Source of the DNA: a virus
Lineage: Duplodnaviria; Caudoviricetes
IMG/VR virus record: IMGVR_UViG_2907128583_000005
Span: 128,001-192,000 of that record
Direction: 5' to 3' (one strand)
Length of the DNA: 64,000 nt
In this document: positions 8,196 through 18,082 of the stretch, in pieces
Position numbering within the stretch: position 1 is the first letter of the stretch
How the letters are laid out: each line of letters opens with the position of its first letter
Notes under the pieces: generated by a model
Database searches by the model: none
Told to the model about the DNA's origin: nothing
What the model saw: only the letters and a program-made list of their open reading frames with translations
Translations under genes and position numbers: made by a program

Positions 8196-8669
8196 TCATT
8201 GTATATCAGAATCTTCTATAAATTTTCCAACGAAAAACATATTGTCTTTCTCTTCTTCAAAATCACTTTGGTAATAAACAATCGGTGAATTATGTAAGTC
8301 CGTTATCTTATATTGTGTATCACTGTACCCATAACCATCAATGCTTTCACTTTTGATCAAAAAGAAGCGATTCTTATAAAGGTATAGATTAGTTCGTTCA
8401 ATGTTTCTTTCTTCTGAGGAAAAGTATCCAACAAAAGTGAGTTCATCGCACATCATTTGCTGCTCAAGTTCCTTAAGAAACTCAATCAATGTTTTAAGAC
8501 CATAGTTCAATGTTATTTTCGCATTAATAATATCGCCGTTTAATGTAATAAAATCATCATGCCCACATCTAGGCAGTTTGGAAATTTCATTATTAACTTT
8601 TAGTACCTTATTCTCTGTCATTCTAAGACTTAACTTGACTTGTGAATACATTGACATTTTTCTCATCAT
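8196..8669 (-). CDS. hypothetical protein
   Basis: 157-aa ORF in the array. Confidence 0.65.
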   Translation of the reverse strand: MMRKMSMYSQVKLSLRMTENKVLKVNNEISKLPRCGHDDFITLNGDIINAKITLNYGLKTLIEFLKELEQQMMCDELTFVGYFSSEERNIERTNLYLYKNRFFLIKSESIDGYGYSDTQYKITDLHNSPIVYYQSDFEEEKDNMFFVGKFIEDSDIQ

Positions 8670-8699
8670 CCCTTTTATTCTTATAAAAGAATCCTTTTA

Positions 8700-8891
8700 T
8701 CAATACTTCCGAGCAAAGATAATTACACAATCTTCCTCATTGAATCCTTCCAATAATGACTGAATATGAAATCCTCTATCATCTTCTCGCTTAGAATTAA
8801 CATTAACAAAAACATTCTTTTCAGAACTAGCTCTATAAATTGCTGGACTGTCATCAAAAGTTCTATCTACTGAATACTCAACTTGTTTCAT
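8700..8891 (-). CDS. hypothetical protein
   Basis: ORF ending at element 8683. Confidence 0.6.
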   Translation of the reverse strand: MKQVEYSVDRTFDDSPAIYRASSEKNVFVNVNSKREDDRGFHIQSLLEGFNEEDCVIIFARKY

Positions 8892-8928
8892 CTTTCACAA
8901 TTCTCATCTCCTTATAAAATCAATCATG

Positions 8929-9276
8929 CTAATTCACTAATATCCATCGATCATTAGCATCATCATACACGAAAGCAAACACACCTATCGTAGACTTCAC
9001 ATTAACAAATCGACTATTGGCAATTTGCCTTCCCGCTTCTTTTGTCAACCTGAGCATAAAGAAATTCAAAAACTTCACATTAGAACAAGCAAAGACATAA
9101 TCTACTGTTTCAGTAAAGTCTAAATTTTGATCTAGTGTAACTAGATCCTCAAAATTTACTAACGATGGAACAGCAAAAGTTATATATGAATCGTATTTAT
9201 TATCAAGAATCATCTTTTGATCTGGACTCAACATTGCGCCTTCATCTATAAATACTTTTGCTTTCAATGAATTCAC
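8929..9276 (-). CDS. hypothetical protein
   Basis: GGAGGTGA RBS (true start probably the TTG just downstream). Confidence 0.7.
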   Translation of the reverse strand: MNSLKAKVFIDEGAMLSPDQKMILDNKYDSYITFAVPSLVNFEDLVTLDQNLDFTETVDYVFACSNVKFLNFFMLRLTKEAGRQIANSRFVNVKSTIGVFAFVYDDANDRWILVN

Positions 9277-9306
9277 CTCCAGTATAATGAAAATAAAATA
9301 ATCTTT

Positions 9307-9468
9307 TTACTGACTTTCAAGATCAAAACAAATGCTGAGTAGCTCTTTAGTGCCAATTCTTTTCTTAACTCCATCTTTAGTTATAAAGAATCCTGGTTTA
9401 TCGCTATTCTCTGTAACTTTTATCCCTTGTTCTTTTGCCAGATTCATCATTTTCTCTATATCAGCTAT
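9307..9468 (-). CDS. 53-aa hypothetical protein, probable ATA start (not in ORF track)
   Basis: GGAGTGA 5 nt before in-frame ATA; stop inside element 9293. Confidence 0.5.
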   Translation of the reverse strand: MADIEKMMNLAKEQGIKVTENSDKPGFFITKDGVKKRIGTKELLSICFDLESQ

Positions 9469-9512
9469 TTGTATCACTCCTATCTTTGTCTCCTCGTAAA
9501 ATATTCATTTGA

Positions 9513-9677
9513 TCAGATATATTTCAAAATTTTTGTACTGACTTCAGCATGAGGATTTTGCGTGAAGATCTTCTTCGAAATTTCAGTAGCTTTCTTATGA
9601 AGTTCGGTTAAATCACCACGGATTCCCATTCCGCCGTTATAACACTTGCCGTTAGCGTATACGAACATAATAAACAT
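9513..9677 (-). CDS. 54-aa hypothetical protein (not in ORF track)
   Basis: MFIMFVYANGKCYNGG...; GAGGAGTGA RBS. Confidence 0.6.
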   Translation of the reverse strand: MFIMFVYANGKCYNGGMGIRGDLTELHKKATEISKKIFTQNPHAEVSTKILKYI

Positions 9678-9702
9678 TTTTAATTTCACTCCTCATAACA
9701 AA

Positions 9703-9921
9703 TTACTTACTGTACTTATCAATCATAGCTCCCATAGTTGTACGAGCTTCTTTGTACGTCATTATTACCTGTGGCTTACCCTCGGCCTCGAATACATATT
9801 GATATGGCTTCCCATTGTTCGTTTCGGTATTAGTAAATGTTCCTTGAAATATGTATTCCTCACCATCAATACCAAAACAGCAGCCAATGAACTTTTCAAA
9901 CCATTGTTTCCTTTGGGACAT
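9703..9921 (-). CDS. hypothetical protein
   Basis: AAGGAGTGA RBS. Confidence 0.7.
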   Translation of the reverse strand: MSQRKQWFEKFIGCCFGIDGEEYIFQGTFTNTETNNGKPYQYVFEAEGKPQVIMTYKEARTTMGAMIDKYSK

Positions 9922-9945
9922 TTTAAATCACTCCTTATCAGAAGA

Positions 9946-10167
9946 TCATTTCACCCATTTGGGTAACAATAAATCCTTATACTCTTCAACAGAATTTTCT
10001 ACAATCATCTTTGCCTCATCCACAGCTTTTATATATTCCTCCTCTTTATTGTGATACAAAAATACATAGCCACTCGTTTGTCTACCCAATAAATATTTTT
10101 TAAACTCATCTAATGTTTTGCACCTTTTTCCTGACTTCACGTACATAGCAAACAATTCTCTTTTCAA
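9946..10167 (-). CDS. hypothetical protein
   Basis: AAGGAG RBS, TTG start. Confidence 0.7.
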   Translation of the reverse strand: MKRELFAMYVKSGKRCKTLDEFKKYLLGRQTSGYVFLYHNKEEEYIKAVDEAKMIVENSVEEYKDLLLPKWVK

Positions 10168-10179
10168 GTTTATCGCTCC

Positions 10180-10377
10180 TTACCTAGTATCTCTCACATA
10201 TTCTTTAAGCCAACGGTTTTCATGATTATAAATAGCAACAGCAGTAAATTGACCAGTCTGAACTAATTTTTTTGCGACTCTAGTTGCTTTTAGCAAGCTA
10301 TCGTTCAACATTTTATCTTTTACTTTGTTGCCAAAAAGATAGCATTCTAATCTGAACAATTGCCTTCCTCCTTCCAT
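10180..10377 (-). CDS. hypothetical protein
   Basis: GGAGG RBS inside the called ORF; the real start is probably the downstream TTG. Confidence 0.6.
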   Translation of the reverse strand: MEGGRQLFRLECYLFGNKVKDKMLNDSLLKATRVAKKLVQTGQFTAVAIYNHENRWLKEYVRDTR

Positions 10378-10387
10378 TGTAAAAGGA

Positions 10388-10615
10388 TCATTTTATATGC
10401 TCGTAAAACTGTTCTGGCAAAGTTCGGGAATGCTCTCTCCCCATTATAAAAGGATATGACCACTCTTCAAAGTTGATGTAGATTCTTCTTTGTCCATCAA
10501 CTTCGATGCATTTTGCTCCAGCAAACTGATAAGTATTTTGAATTAATCCTTCTTTTCTCATATGACTGAGAACTTCCAAAAGTATGTTTTGTTCGATTAG
10601 GATTTCTTTAGACAT
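10388..10615 (-). CDS. hypothetical protein
   Basis: Bounded by elements 10379 and 10638. Confidence 0.7.
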   Translation of the reverse strand: MSKEILIEQNILLEVLSHMRKEGLIQNTYQFAGAKCIEVDGQRRIYINFEEWSYPFIMGREHSRTLPEQFYEHIK

Positions 10616-10655
10616 CTTTGCTACCCCAACTTTCTTTATAAAAATATAGTTTTAT

Positions 10656-11003
10656 CTACTCATTGATAATTTCATTGATTCGTTTAAGTTGGTCTAGCGT
10701 CAGATCTAACTTACCAAAAGCATTAAATTTCGATCTAATGTCACGCTCTAACTTTTGAAATTCTTGTTCGTCTAAGATTTCTTGTTTGGAAAAGTATAGT
10801 TTCCAATCGGCAGTATAGCCACCAGTTTCTTGCTCTTTGTTCTCCATTTTAAATTTTACTCCATCTACCTCAAAGTATTTCCTTCCCACCTTTGTTATTT
10901 TCGATTCTTTAATAAGTAGCTGATCCTTATATTTAACAGCCATATTTCCGACAGCTTTTAGATATACCTTATCTCCTATGTTCATTTGTTTTATGTCCCC
11001 CAA
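10656..11003 (-). CDS. hypothetical phage protein (SH3-like beta-barrel pattern)
   Basis: IGDKVY...KITKVGRKYF motif common in phage small proteins. Confidence 0.7.
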   Translation of the reverse strand: MGDIKQMNIGDKVYLKAVGNMAVKYKDQLLIKESKITKVGRKYFEVDGVKFKMENKEQETGGYTADWKLYFSKQEILDEQEFQKLERDIRSKFNAFGKLDLTLDQLKRINEIINE

Positions 11004-11006
11004 TAA

Positions 11007-11231
11007 TTAATGATCTAGTTTAGTATTCAACGTTTCAATCTCATTGATGAGTTGCACATATCTTGAAGTTATTCGTTTTATTTGATTATGTATTGCAATA
11101 AAGTCTAGACTATCATAATCTCTTCGGCTCCTAACTGATTCAACTAATTTTTCAAGTGTATTTTCTACATCTCTTTTCTCCATAGCCAGCATGCCTACAA
11201 TATAAATCGCCGTTCCTGATAGGCTTTTCAT
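11007..11231 (-). CDS. hypothetical protein
   Basis: GAGGA RBS. Confidence 0.65.
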   Translation of the reverse strand: MKSLSGTAIYIVGMLAMEKRDVENTLEKLVESVRSRRDYDSLDFIAIHNQIKRITSRYVQLINEIETLNTKLDH

Positions 11232-11253
11232 CTTATTTCATCCTCTCTTAGTG

Positions 11254-11412
11254 TTATGCTGTTTTTTGTTTTGTGTTTAGAGTGACTACAACCATTACGC
11301 CATCAGCTTCACATAAAGCGGCAAACTTAGCCATTACTATTTTATCATCGAACGAATATGTATTCGCCTCTAATTTACCTAACACCTTCTCAAAAACAGT
11401 TACTTTATACAT
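11254..11412 (-). pseudogene. small gene apparently frameshifted in a T5 run
   Basis: GAGGTGA RBS and ATG 11412 read MYKVTVFEGVR*; removing one T gives a 51-aa ORF ending at 11254. Confidence 0.35.
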
Positions 11413-11567
11413 GTAATCACCTCATATTTGTTGTTTTTCATAAATTAATTATACTACATTTATTTATTTTTGTATATAGGTTTTATATAATTTCATTATA
11501 TTTAATTATAAAAAAAGACCGCCTAAGCGATCTTGGTCAAATTAATCTTTTATAAGGAGTATGATAA

Positions 11568-12455
11568 TCAATGCATCTTCTTAAATAATACTGCCATTTT
11601 TGCTTCACCCTCACCTGTCAATACAACTTCAAAAGCTTCTTCGAACCACGATACTTTTTTCAGTCTCTTTTTAATAACAGTGTATGTTGAGTTTTCCTTG
11701 TAGCCTTTGTTTTTGGGCTTTAGGTTTAATATATATTTACTTGAAAAATCGTAAGCATCTATGATCACTGCTCCATTATCTGAAAGAATGTCTAAATATG
11801 TTTCAAGTAGTGAGTTAAATTTGGAAATATCTTTAGTATGCCAAAGAGCACCTTTTATGTCCCAAATTAAATCTACTTTTTGAACTCCCATTTTCGATAA
11901 ACACTCGGCTGATTTTAAAGCATCATTAGGCTCAGTTAAATAAACTATGTTATCTGATGTTTGAATATGTTCATTCGGAACACATATATCTGTAGCAACT
12001 ATATTAGAGTCAGGATATTGTTGTGACAATTTATATTCGTACTTACCTTTATTTGCAGAAGGACTAAATATTTTTTTACTCGAAAAATTAACCCCTACTA
12101 CCGACAAGTTTTCTACCGCTTTAGTCAACCAATTTTGCTTTAGGTTGTAATCATAAGTTGAATCATACCATCCATTTAGATCTGCCCCTTGCATGTATCT
12201 TAATTCTGGATGTTTTGTTCCTAAGTATAAACCAATAGAACCTGAGATCCATTCTATAAGTTTAACAACAAGCATCCCAACTGCAACAGTTGCTGAATAT
12301 CCCATCAATTGTAGATCTAATTTAAAGAATCCTATAAGATAAAATAGCAATCCAACCGCAATAATACTCCATATCCAATTACTTAATCTTGCTATCTTCT
12401 TAGATAAGTTAAAAAACTGATAATATTGTTTATGTACTTTTTTAGTATATTCCAT
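11568..12455 (-). CDS. membrane-anchored protein with possible class I SAM-methyltransferase-like domain
   Basis: Two N-terminal TM helices; NIVATDI, VDLIW and ILSDNGAVIID resemble MTase strands, but the glycine motif is degenerate. Confidence 0.5.
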   Translation of the reverse strand: MEYTKKVHKQYYQFFNLSKKIARLSNWIWSIIAVGLLFYLIGFFKLDLQLMGYSATVAVGMLVVKLIEWISGSIGLYLGTKHPELRYMQGADLNGWYDSTYDYNLKQNWLTKAVENLSVVGVNFSSKKIFSPSANKGKYEYKLSQQYPDSNIVATDICVPNEHIQTSDNIVYLTEPNDALKSAECLSKMGVQKVDLIWDIKGALWHTKDISKFNSLLETYLDILSDNGAVIIDAYDFSSKYILNLKPKNKGYKENSTYTVIKKRLKKVSWFEEAFEVVLTGEGEAKMAVLFKKMH

Positions 12456-12501
12456 TCGCTCAATCTCCCATGCACTATTTTAAAAAAGAGTAGCCTTTCG
12501 G

Positions 12502-12726
12502 CTACCCTTTAAGAATTTGACGCCAAGCATCCTCAATAGCATCCGAAGCATTCTCGTGTTTATCCGATGAAGCTCTTTTCTTTGTTTCGAAATCTTCAAG
12601 ATAGCATTGATACATTCCAACAGTTTTCAAGTAGACTATGTAAGTACGCCCATCCAACTCCATAATTGATACTTGAGTCTTGTTGTTATTCACTTCAGCA
12701 GAATTGACATTTAACAATATACTCAC
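12502..12726 (-). CDS. hypothetical protein
   Basis: GGAGGGAGGTGA RBS; terminator hairpin GTAGCC-tttc-GGCTAC at its 3' end. Confidence 0.7.
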   Translation of the reverse strand: MSILLNVNSAEVNNNKTQVSIMELDGRTYIVYLKTVGMYQCYLEDFETKKRASSDKHENASDAIEDAWRQILKG

Positions 12727-12804
12727 CTCCCTCCATAATCAATTATAGCACAAATTTATATGATTAACTCTATGTTATATGAAATTTTTCAAGATTTTTA
12801 TGTA

Positions 12805-13761
12805 TTATTGTGTTACCAAATCTTTATGTGACCCATTTTGAACAAACTCTGTTTCTATAGTCTTATAAGCCTCACTTGCCAATTCCCATTTATTATAATC
12901 ATCAATAACATCTGCACAATTATATTTCTTGTTTAGGCTAGATTTAGAATAGGGTTTCTTACCTTCTTTTGTTCGTTCTGCGTCCATCTTTTCCCATTCA
13001 TTTTTTCGTCTTGCGTACACATCAAAACTACCAAGAAGCTTCATTTTATTAAATAATTCTCCATAGGCTTGCTGCAAGTCTCTACCGAAATATTTATTAG
13101 CTAATATTCTAATTCGTTCGCTGAAGTTTGTTCTATTACATACGAAAAGCTGCTGTGTTCTAATTAACTCATTTTCATTTTGCACCCTTTCTACAGCTTC
13201 GGTCAACACTTCAACCTTTTCTTTGATCGCCTTTGTTTCTTGTTGTTGCTTGTATAGCTCTAGCGATTTTTCAGCATCTTTATATTGAATCTGTACTAAT
13301 TGGTCTCTAGGATCTACTTTTAATACTTGTCCAATAGCATACAACTTCATGTGCAATTCTCTCTCTGTTTCATCTGTAATCTGTGCGATTCGATTTTCAG
13401 CTTCATCGTAACGACCAGTCGCTTGAATCTGCTTAATTACTTTTTTTACTGTCTTTTTGAACTCTCTAGCTTTCGGTAACTTGCTACAATAAATTAAATC
13501 AAAAATCCCATCTTCTTCTATAAACCAGTTACCCCGTTGACCTAAACTCACAGGTGAATCGCCGTTGAGTTTTTCTTTAGTGACCAAATATTTCTCATCA
13601 ATGCTTACATGTTTTTTGATAGCGTCACTCGTATCTTTATATCCAAGGAGTTCAGCACTCTGATTTCCGTGAAAAATAACATCGCCTTCAAAATCAAAAA
13701 TAACATCTTCTTTCGTTAAAAACTCCACGTTAAACCCTTCGAATTGAATTAAGTTGCTCAA
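12805..13761 (-). CDS. BRO-N domain antirepressor-like protein
   Basis: AELLGYKDTSDAIKKHV...FIEEDGIFDLIYCSKLPKAREFK...IQATGRY. Confidence 0.85.
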   Translation of the reverse strand: MSNLIQFEGFNVEFLTKEDVIFDFEGDVIFHGNQSAELLGYKDTSDAIKKHVSIDEKYLVTKEKLNGDSPVSLGQRGNWFIEEDGIFDLIYCSKLPKAREFKKTVKKVIKQIQATGRYDEAENRIAQITDETERELHMKLYAIGQVLKVDPRDQLVQIQYKDAEKSLELYKQQQETKAIKEKVEVLTEAVERVQNENELIRTQQLFVCNRTNFSERIRILANKYFGRDLQQAYGELFNKMKLLGSFDVYARRKNEWEKMDAERTKEGKKPYSKSSLNKKYNCADVIDDYNKWELASEAYKTIETEFVQNGSHKDLVTQ

Positions 13762-13844
13762 ATATATATCTTCCTTTTTGATTTGTCAGGCGGTCTCACC
13801 CTGCCGTCTTCCTCGCTGTTATGAGTAATTATTTACTTATTATT

Positions 13845-14084
13845 TTATTCCTTAGTGTTGAATCCACCATGATCATCCTCAGCAAGAATTTCTGCACATA
13901 GTCCAATGCATTCGTTGCAAATACAGATGTTCTTTGCTGTCACCATTTTATCCACTTCAGATTGACTCTTACCGCAAAATGAGCAACGCAACTCACAATC
14001 TCTTTCGGGAAAAGCGATTAATTCATCATACTTCTTTGCCTTTTCCATCAACGTCATGGCTTCTTGCATAGCTTGTGGATTCAT
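13845..14084 (-). CDS. stand-alone ClpX C4-type zinc-binding domain protein
   Basis: LRCSFCGKSQSEVDKMV...ICICNECIGLCAEIL. Confidence 0.9.
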   Translation of the reverse strand: MNPQAMQEAMTLMEKAKKYDELIAFPERDCELRCSFCGKSQSEVDKMVTAKNICICNECIGLCAEILAEDDHGGFNTKE

Positions 14085-14122
14085 AAACCTACCACTCCTT
14101 ATGTATTTTTATATTGTAAAAT

Positions 14123-14299
14123 TCAACTTTTACGCACTTCTCGTTCTTCATAATAATATTCTAGATAAGGTTTATCTCGATTGTGATCATCACAAAATGC
14201 CTTTGCTGCTTCTTCACTTTGAAAAATATCCACCAAAACCCTATTGACGCTGAAGACATACGCTTCTTCTGCATCCTCAAGTACAACAAATACTCTCAT
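14123..14299 (-). CDS. 58-aa hypothetical protein (not in ORF track)
   Basis: MRVFVVLEDAEEAYVF...; GGGAG RBS; stop codon in the core of element 14116. Confidence 0.6.
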   Translation of the reverse strand: MRVFVVLEDAEEAYVFSVNRVLVDIFQSEEAAKAFCDDHNRDKPYLEYYYEEREVRKS

Positions 14300-14387
14300 G
14301 CATACTCTCCCTATATTCTAATAAAATAAATCAATACTAATTTAACGCTTACCAACGCATCCTCCTGATCTTTCTTATAACTTCTCT

Positions 14388-14600
14388 TTATGATTTTTTT
14401 GATTTGTGCTGCTGCATCATTTCGCGCATACGATCCATTCCCACGCTTTTTGTTTTCTCTGTACTGGAAGCATAATCAATAAATTCGTTATAGCTTTTAA
14501 AATCCAACTGAGCAACTGTGGGACGTATTTCCTTAATTTTTACTTCTTTCAATTTAGTCCTTCTTTCTATGTATTGATGATAAAAGTCCGTTTTTATCAT
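14388..14600 (-). CDS. hypothetical protein (real start probably the TTG downstream of element 14580)
   Basis: Internal GAAGGA RBS before TTG. Confidence 0.55.
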   Translation of the reverse strand: MIKTDFYHQYIERRTKLKEVKIKEIRPTVAQLDFKSYNEFIDYASSTEKTKSVGMDRMREMMQQHKSKKS

Positions 14601-14624
14601 GAAGATACCTTATATTTTAATAAC

Positions 14625-15485
14625 TCATGCGTTTCTAAGTTCCAATTTAAATCCAATAGATTGCAGCTTGACTATTCGTTCTTGCGACAATTTATTCATT
14701 TTATAAGCTTGACGTTGGTTGGATACCCAGTTGCCTAGATTTACTTTACCTTCTATATATACTCTTGGAACGTTGCAATTTCCATGGTTGTATTTATATT
14801 GACGTAGAATTTCATAGAAGCTGTCCCACGTTTCATTTTGGGTTTCCCATTGAAAACCAATTGAATTAAGTCTGTCTATACGTTTTTGAGAAAGCAGATT
14901 ATTTTTTAATAGTTGTCTTTGAGTTGTAACCCATCTTCCTAATTTTATGTTGTCGACCTCATAATGCTGTGGAACACAGATATTTCCCTTAATATTTTTA
15001 TAATTATTTAACAAGTTAAAATATTTGTTCCATGTTTTTTCATGTAAATCCCATGTAAACCCTAAATCCTCCAGTTTCTTTATTCTATCTTCTGACAACA
15101 AATTTTTTTCATAAGACTTTCTCTGTTGGTTTACCCACATACCAAGTTTAATATCCTTATATACATAACTTACTGGAACATCACAATCACCATACTGGTG
15201 CTTATATTTTAATAGTAAACTGTATTTATCAGCCCATTTTTTCTTATCATCTTTTATTCTTATATTGTAATTAAAACCAACAGTATTCAATTTCTCAATT
15301 TGATCTTGCGACAATTTTCCTTTACGATAAGATTGCCTTTGTGTTTTTACCCACATACCAAGTTTAATATCGTCTACTACATAATTTTGAGGTACATTCG
15401 CATGTTTATATGTATCTTTATATTTTAACAAAAAGATAAACTTTTTGTTCCACGAAGCAATTCTATTGTTGTAACAATGTTTCAT
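14625..15485 (-). CDS. helicase-associated (HA) domain repeat protein, four repeats, no helicase
   Basis: Four copies of W...L..YK...G...VP..Y....LG.WV..QR......LS..RI.KL..IGF. Confidence 0.9.
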   Translation of the reverse strand: MKHCYNNRIASWNKKFIFLLKYKDTYKHANVPQNYVVDDIKLGMWVKTQRQSYRKGKLSQDQIEKLNTVGFNYNIRIKDDKKKWADKYSLLLKYKHQYGDCDVPVSYVYKDIKLGMWVNQQRKSYEKNLLSEDRIKKLEDLGFTWDLHEKTWNKYFNLLNNYKNIKGNICVPQHYEVDNIKLGRWVTTQRQLLKNNLLSQKRIDRLNSIGFQWETQNETWDSFYEILRQYKYNHGNCNVPRVYIEGKVNLGNWVSNQRQAYKMNKLSQERIVKLQSIGFKLELRNA

Positions 15486-15536
15486 TTTGTCTCCTCCTTA
15501 ATTTGTCAAGAGTAAAATAACTGTTTCATCATCTAT

Positions 15537-15803
15537 CTAGTCTTCCATGCTTTTTCTCAACCTGTTTGCTTCTAATTCCAAAAACAATATCTTATCTCCA
15601 GTATTTATGTCTTTTGCTATAAAAGCCTCATCTTCATTTAAAATTTCAGATAGTTGTTCAAGTCTAGATTTAGGAATTGGTCTTTTCTTGCTCAGCCACC
15701 CCATTATAGTTGGAGAAGAAATTCCTAATTGCTCCGCAAGTTTTTTATACTCAACGTCTCTATATTTACAGATCAACTCTAACCCAATGGTCACATTACT
15801 CAA
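15537..15803 (-). CDS. Xre-family HTH regulator
   Basis: YKKLAEQLGISSPTIMGWLSKKRPIP. Confidence 0.85.
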   Translation of the reverse strand: MSNVTIGLELICKYRDVEYKKLAEQLGISSPTIMGWLSKKRPIPKSRLEQLSEILNEDEAFIAKDINTGDKILFLELEANRLRKSMED

Positions 15804-15832
15804 CTCCTTAAAAAATCCTGCTTTTACTATAA

Positions 15833-16036
15833 TTAATTCCTGATGTACTTTCGCAGCATTTTGCTAATTTGATCTTCTTTACATAGGCCTTGAACCAGCA
15901 GTCTTGCTCCTGTCCCCGCTTCAACTGACTTAATTTTTGTGATATACATTTTCTTCCCCTCGACATCGATCAAATCACCAACAGATACCTTATCGGAGAC
16001 CATAATATCGAAGCTTACTGATTTGTTATTTTTCAT
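15833..16036 (-). CDS. hypothetical protein
   Basis: AAGGAG RBS immediately after element 16050. Confidence 0.7.
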   Translation of the reverse strand: MKNNKSVSFDIMVSDKVSVGDLIDVEGKKMYITKIKSVEAGTGARLLVQGLCKEDQISKMLRKYIRN

Positions 16037-16063
16037 CTGTGAACTCCTTATAAAATACTGTTT

Positions 16064-16258
16064 TTACTCAAAAAATTTCACATCTTTTTCATATGATGCT
16101 GCCGGGATCGATCCAACATTTGATTTGATAACTTCATAATCGTATTTATGCTCCCAACCATCTTGAAACATTATCTTTCTATGATTTTTTCTCTCCTCTT
16201 TACTGTTATATTCACAATCTCTTGTTATGAATTCTGAAACGATTTTCATGTAAAGCAT
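16064..16258 (-). CDS. hypothetical protein
   Basis: AAGGAGG RBS; TAA lies inside element 16050. Confidence 0.7.
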   Translation of the reverse strand: MLYMKIVSEFITRDCEYNSKEERKNHRKIMFQDGWEHKYDYEVIKSNVGSIPAASYEKDVKFFE

Positions 16259-16273
16259 CCTCCTTTAGAAACT

Positions 16274-16579
16274 CTATAGTTTTTCAATTTTCCCCATCAT
16301 TATACTCTTTATATCTTTGTAGCCTTTATTTTGTTTTATTGAAACAATGGTTTCTTTACTCGAAGGATCATCGAAGATATAAGCAACAACACCTTTATAT
16401 GATCTACTTCCAACTACTTCAATCTTTACATTATCACCAATCTGTACGCCGTATTTTTTAAACCTCTCATTGCAAATCCCAACAACTTCCGATCTATATT
16501 CTTCATAATCTTGTCCCTGCTTTGGTGCTTGCTGTACAAACCATTGTCCTGAGCCGATTTCAATACTCTCATTATTCAT
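16274..16579 (-). CDS. hypothetical protein
   Basis: AGGAGGAG RBS. Confidence 0.75.
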   Translation of the reverse strand: MNNESIEIGSGQWFVQQAPKQGQDYEEYRSEVVGICNERFKKYGVQIGDNVKIEVVGSRSYKGVVAYIFDDPSSKETIVSIKQNKGYKDIKSIMMGKIEKL

Positions 16580-16823
16580 AAATTTCTCCTCCTAAAATTT
16601 CCATATATTTTTTTGTCGTATGCTTTATAGTTCCATTTATTTATATTTATTTCTTATAAAATCGTTGTTTTAATTGGTTACAATACATTGTTTCTATCTC
16701 CCGATACAGTGTTGCTTTCTTTGTTAAAACTATTATATCATCATTCTTTATATTTATCAATATTCATTATATTTAATTATATTAAAAAACTGAGCCTGCA
16801 ATTAGACTCAGTTTTTAATACTA

Positions 16824-17882
16824 CTATTTTAATTCCACTAATCCATTTTTGTCTTTCGTGTAAGTTCGCCCCAATGATTCTTCTTCTATGGTTGCAATTT
16901 CTCCCGTATTATTAACACCACTAAGAACTATTTTTCGAATTGCTTTAATGTTTGATTCTAAAGCCAACTTACTTTTCTTAAGCTTGCTAATAGTTCTATC
17001 TTTCTTATTAATCTCTACTGCTTTAGCTTCCAGTTCTAATTCCTTAAGTTCTAATTTATGCTTAATCTCTCTTGTTTCAAGTTTTAATTGACTAACTTTC
17101 AATTCTAACTCTTTTACAGTATTCATATTTTCTAGAAATCTATTTATTTCTAAGTGAATTTGATTTAATTCAGTTTTGTTTTCTTCCTTTGGATTACCCA
17201 GTTCTGTTTGGTGACTTTCTTGAGATTCCTTATTAAAATAAACTAAATTATTTGTCGATATATAATTCTCTAATGATCCATGCTTCTTGGTAACATTTCG
17301 ATATTTTTGATAAACTGTTTGAGGATTCTTTTTAAGTGCCTTTGCAGCTATCTTAATTGATTCCATCTTACTATTTCCGCTTTTTCTCTCTTGATTAAAT
17401 ATTTTGTTTAAAGTAAGAACATCTTCATCTGTCCAGCCCCCAATTACAATCTTTTTTTGTTCATTGGTTGTGTTTTCCTCTATACTTAACAAATAATTTC
17501 TTACTTCCTTTGCAATAACACTATCACGTAACAACATTCCAATTCTCAGTACGGATCTTCTCGTAAACACATTAATCATTTTCCTCGGAATAACCAATAC
17601 TGAATTGTTTTCAGTATTAAAATCCACCGCTTCTTCTCCTTTTAACATTAACATACCATCACTAACAAATTCGTTTCGTTGTTTTTTTATAATTTGTTCT
17701 ATGACATTTTTATCTACTTCATAGTACTCAGCTATCATTTTTGCTGTAATGTGTTTATTATCTGGCAACATAGAAAGTACTTTTACTTTATCAAGCACTT
17801 CTATTCGATCTATGTATTTATTTCTAATGCTGCAATTCTCAGAAGTAGTGAAACTTTCATCATATAATTTCAGTATACTCAT
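16824..17882 (-). CDS. antirepressor-like DNA-binding protein with central Myb-like motif and coiled coil
   Basis: IEVLDKVK.L.MLP....T..MIAEYYEV...VLRIGMLLRDSVIAKEVRNYLL N-terminal domain; WTDED motif; heptad-rich C-terminus. Confidence 0.7.
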   Translation of the reverse strand: MSILKLYDESFTTSENCSIRNKYIDRIEVLDKVKVLSMLPDNKHITAKMIAEYYEVDKNVIEQIIKKQRNEFVSDGMLMLKGEEAVDFNTENNSVLVIPRKMINVFTRRSVLRIGMLLRDSVIAKEVRNYLLSIEENTTNEQKKIVIGGWTDEDVLTLNKIFNQERKSGNSKMESIKIAAKALKKNPQTVYQKYRNVTKKHGSLENYISTNNLVYFNKESQESHQTELGNPKEENKTELNQIHLEINRFLENMNTVKELELKVSQLKLETREIKHKLELKELELEAKAVEINKKDRTISKLKKSKLALESNIKAIRKIVLSGVNNTGEIATIEEESLGRTYTKDKNGLVELK

Positions 17883-17905
17883 TTTTATTCTCCTCTACTT
17901 TTCAC

Positions 17906-18082
17906 TTATTTATAAGATTCAATCAATTTCTCCAGTTTCATTATTTCAGGTTTTTGTAGTGGCTGCTTATCATTAATAAATAGCGAGAACAATGAATTAC
18001 TTATAGATAATTTACTAGCAATAAATGATTTCTTAATTCCTCTTTCACTAATTAACTGAAGCGTTCTTTCTCTTAGTGTCAT
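17906..18082 (-). CDS. Cro-like HTH regulator
   Basis: GIKKSFIASKLSISNSLFSLFIN; GGAGGTGA RBS before ATG 18082. Confidence 0.8.
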   Translation of the reverse strand: MTLRERTLQLISERGIKKSFIASKLSISNSLFSLFINDKQPLQKPEIMKLEKLIESYK

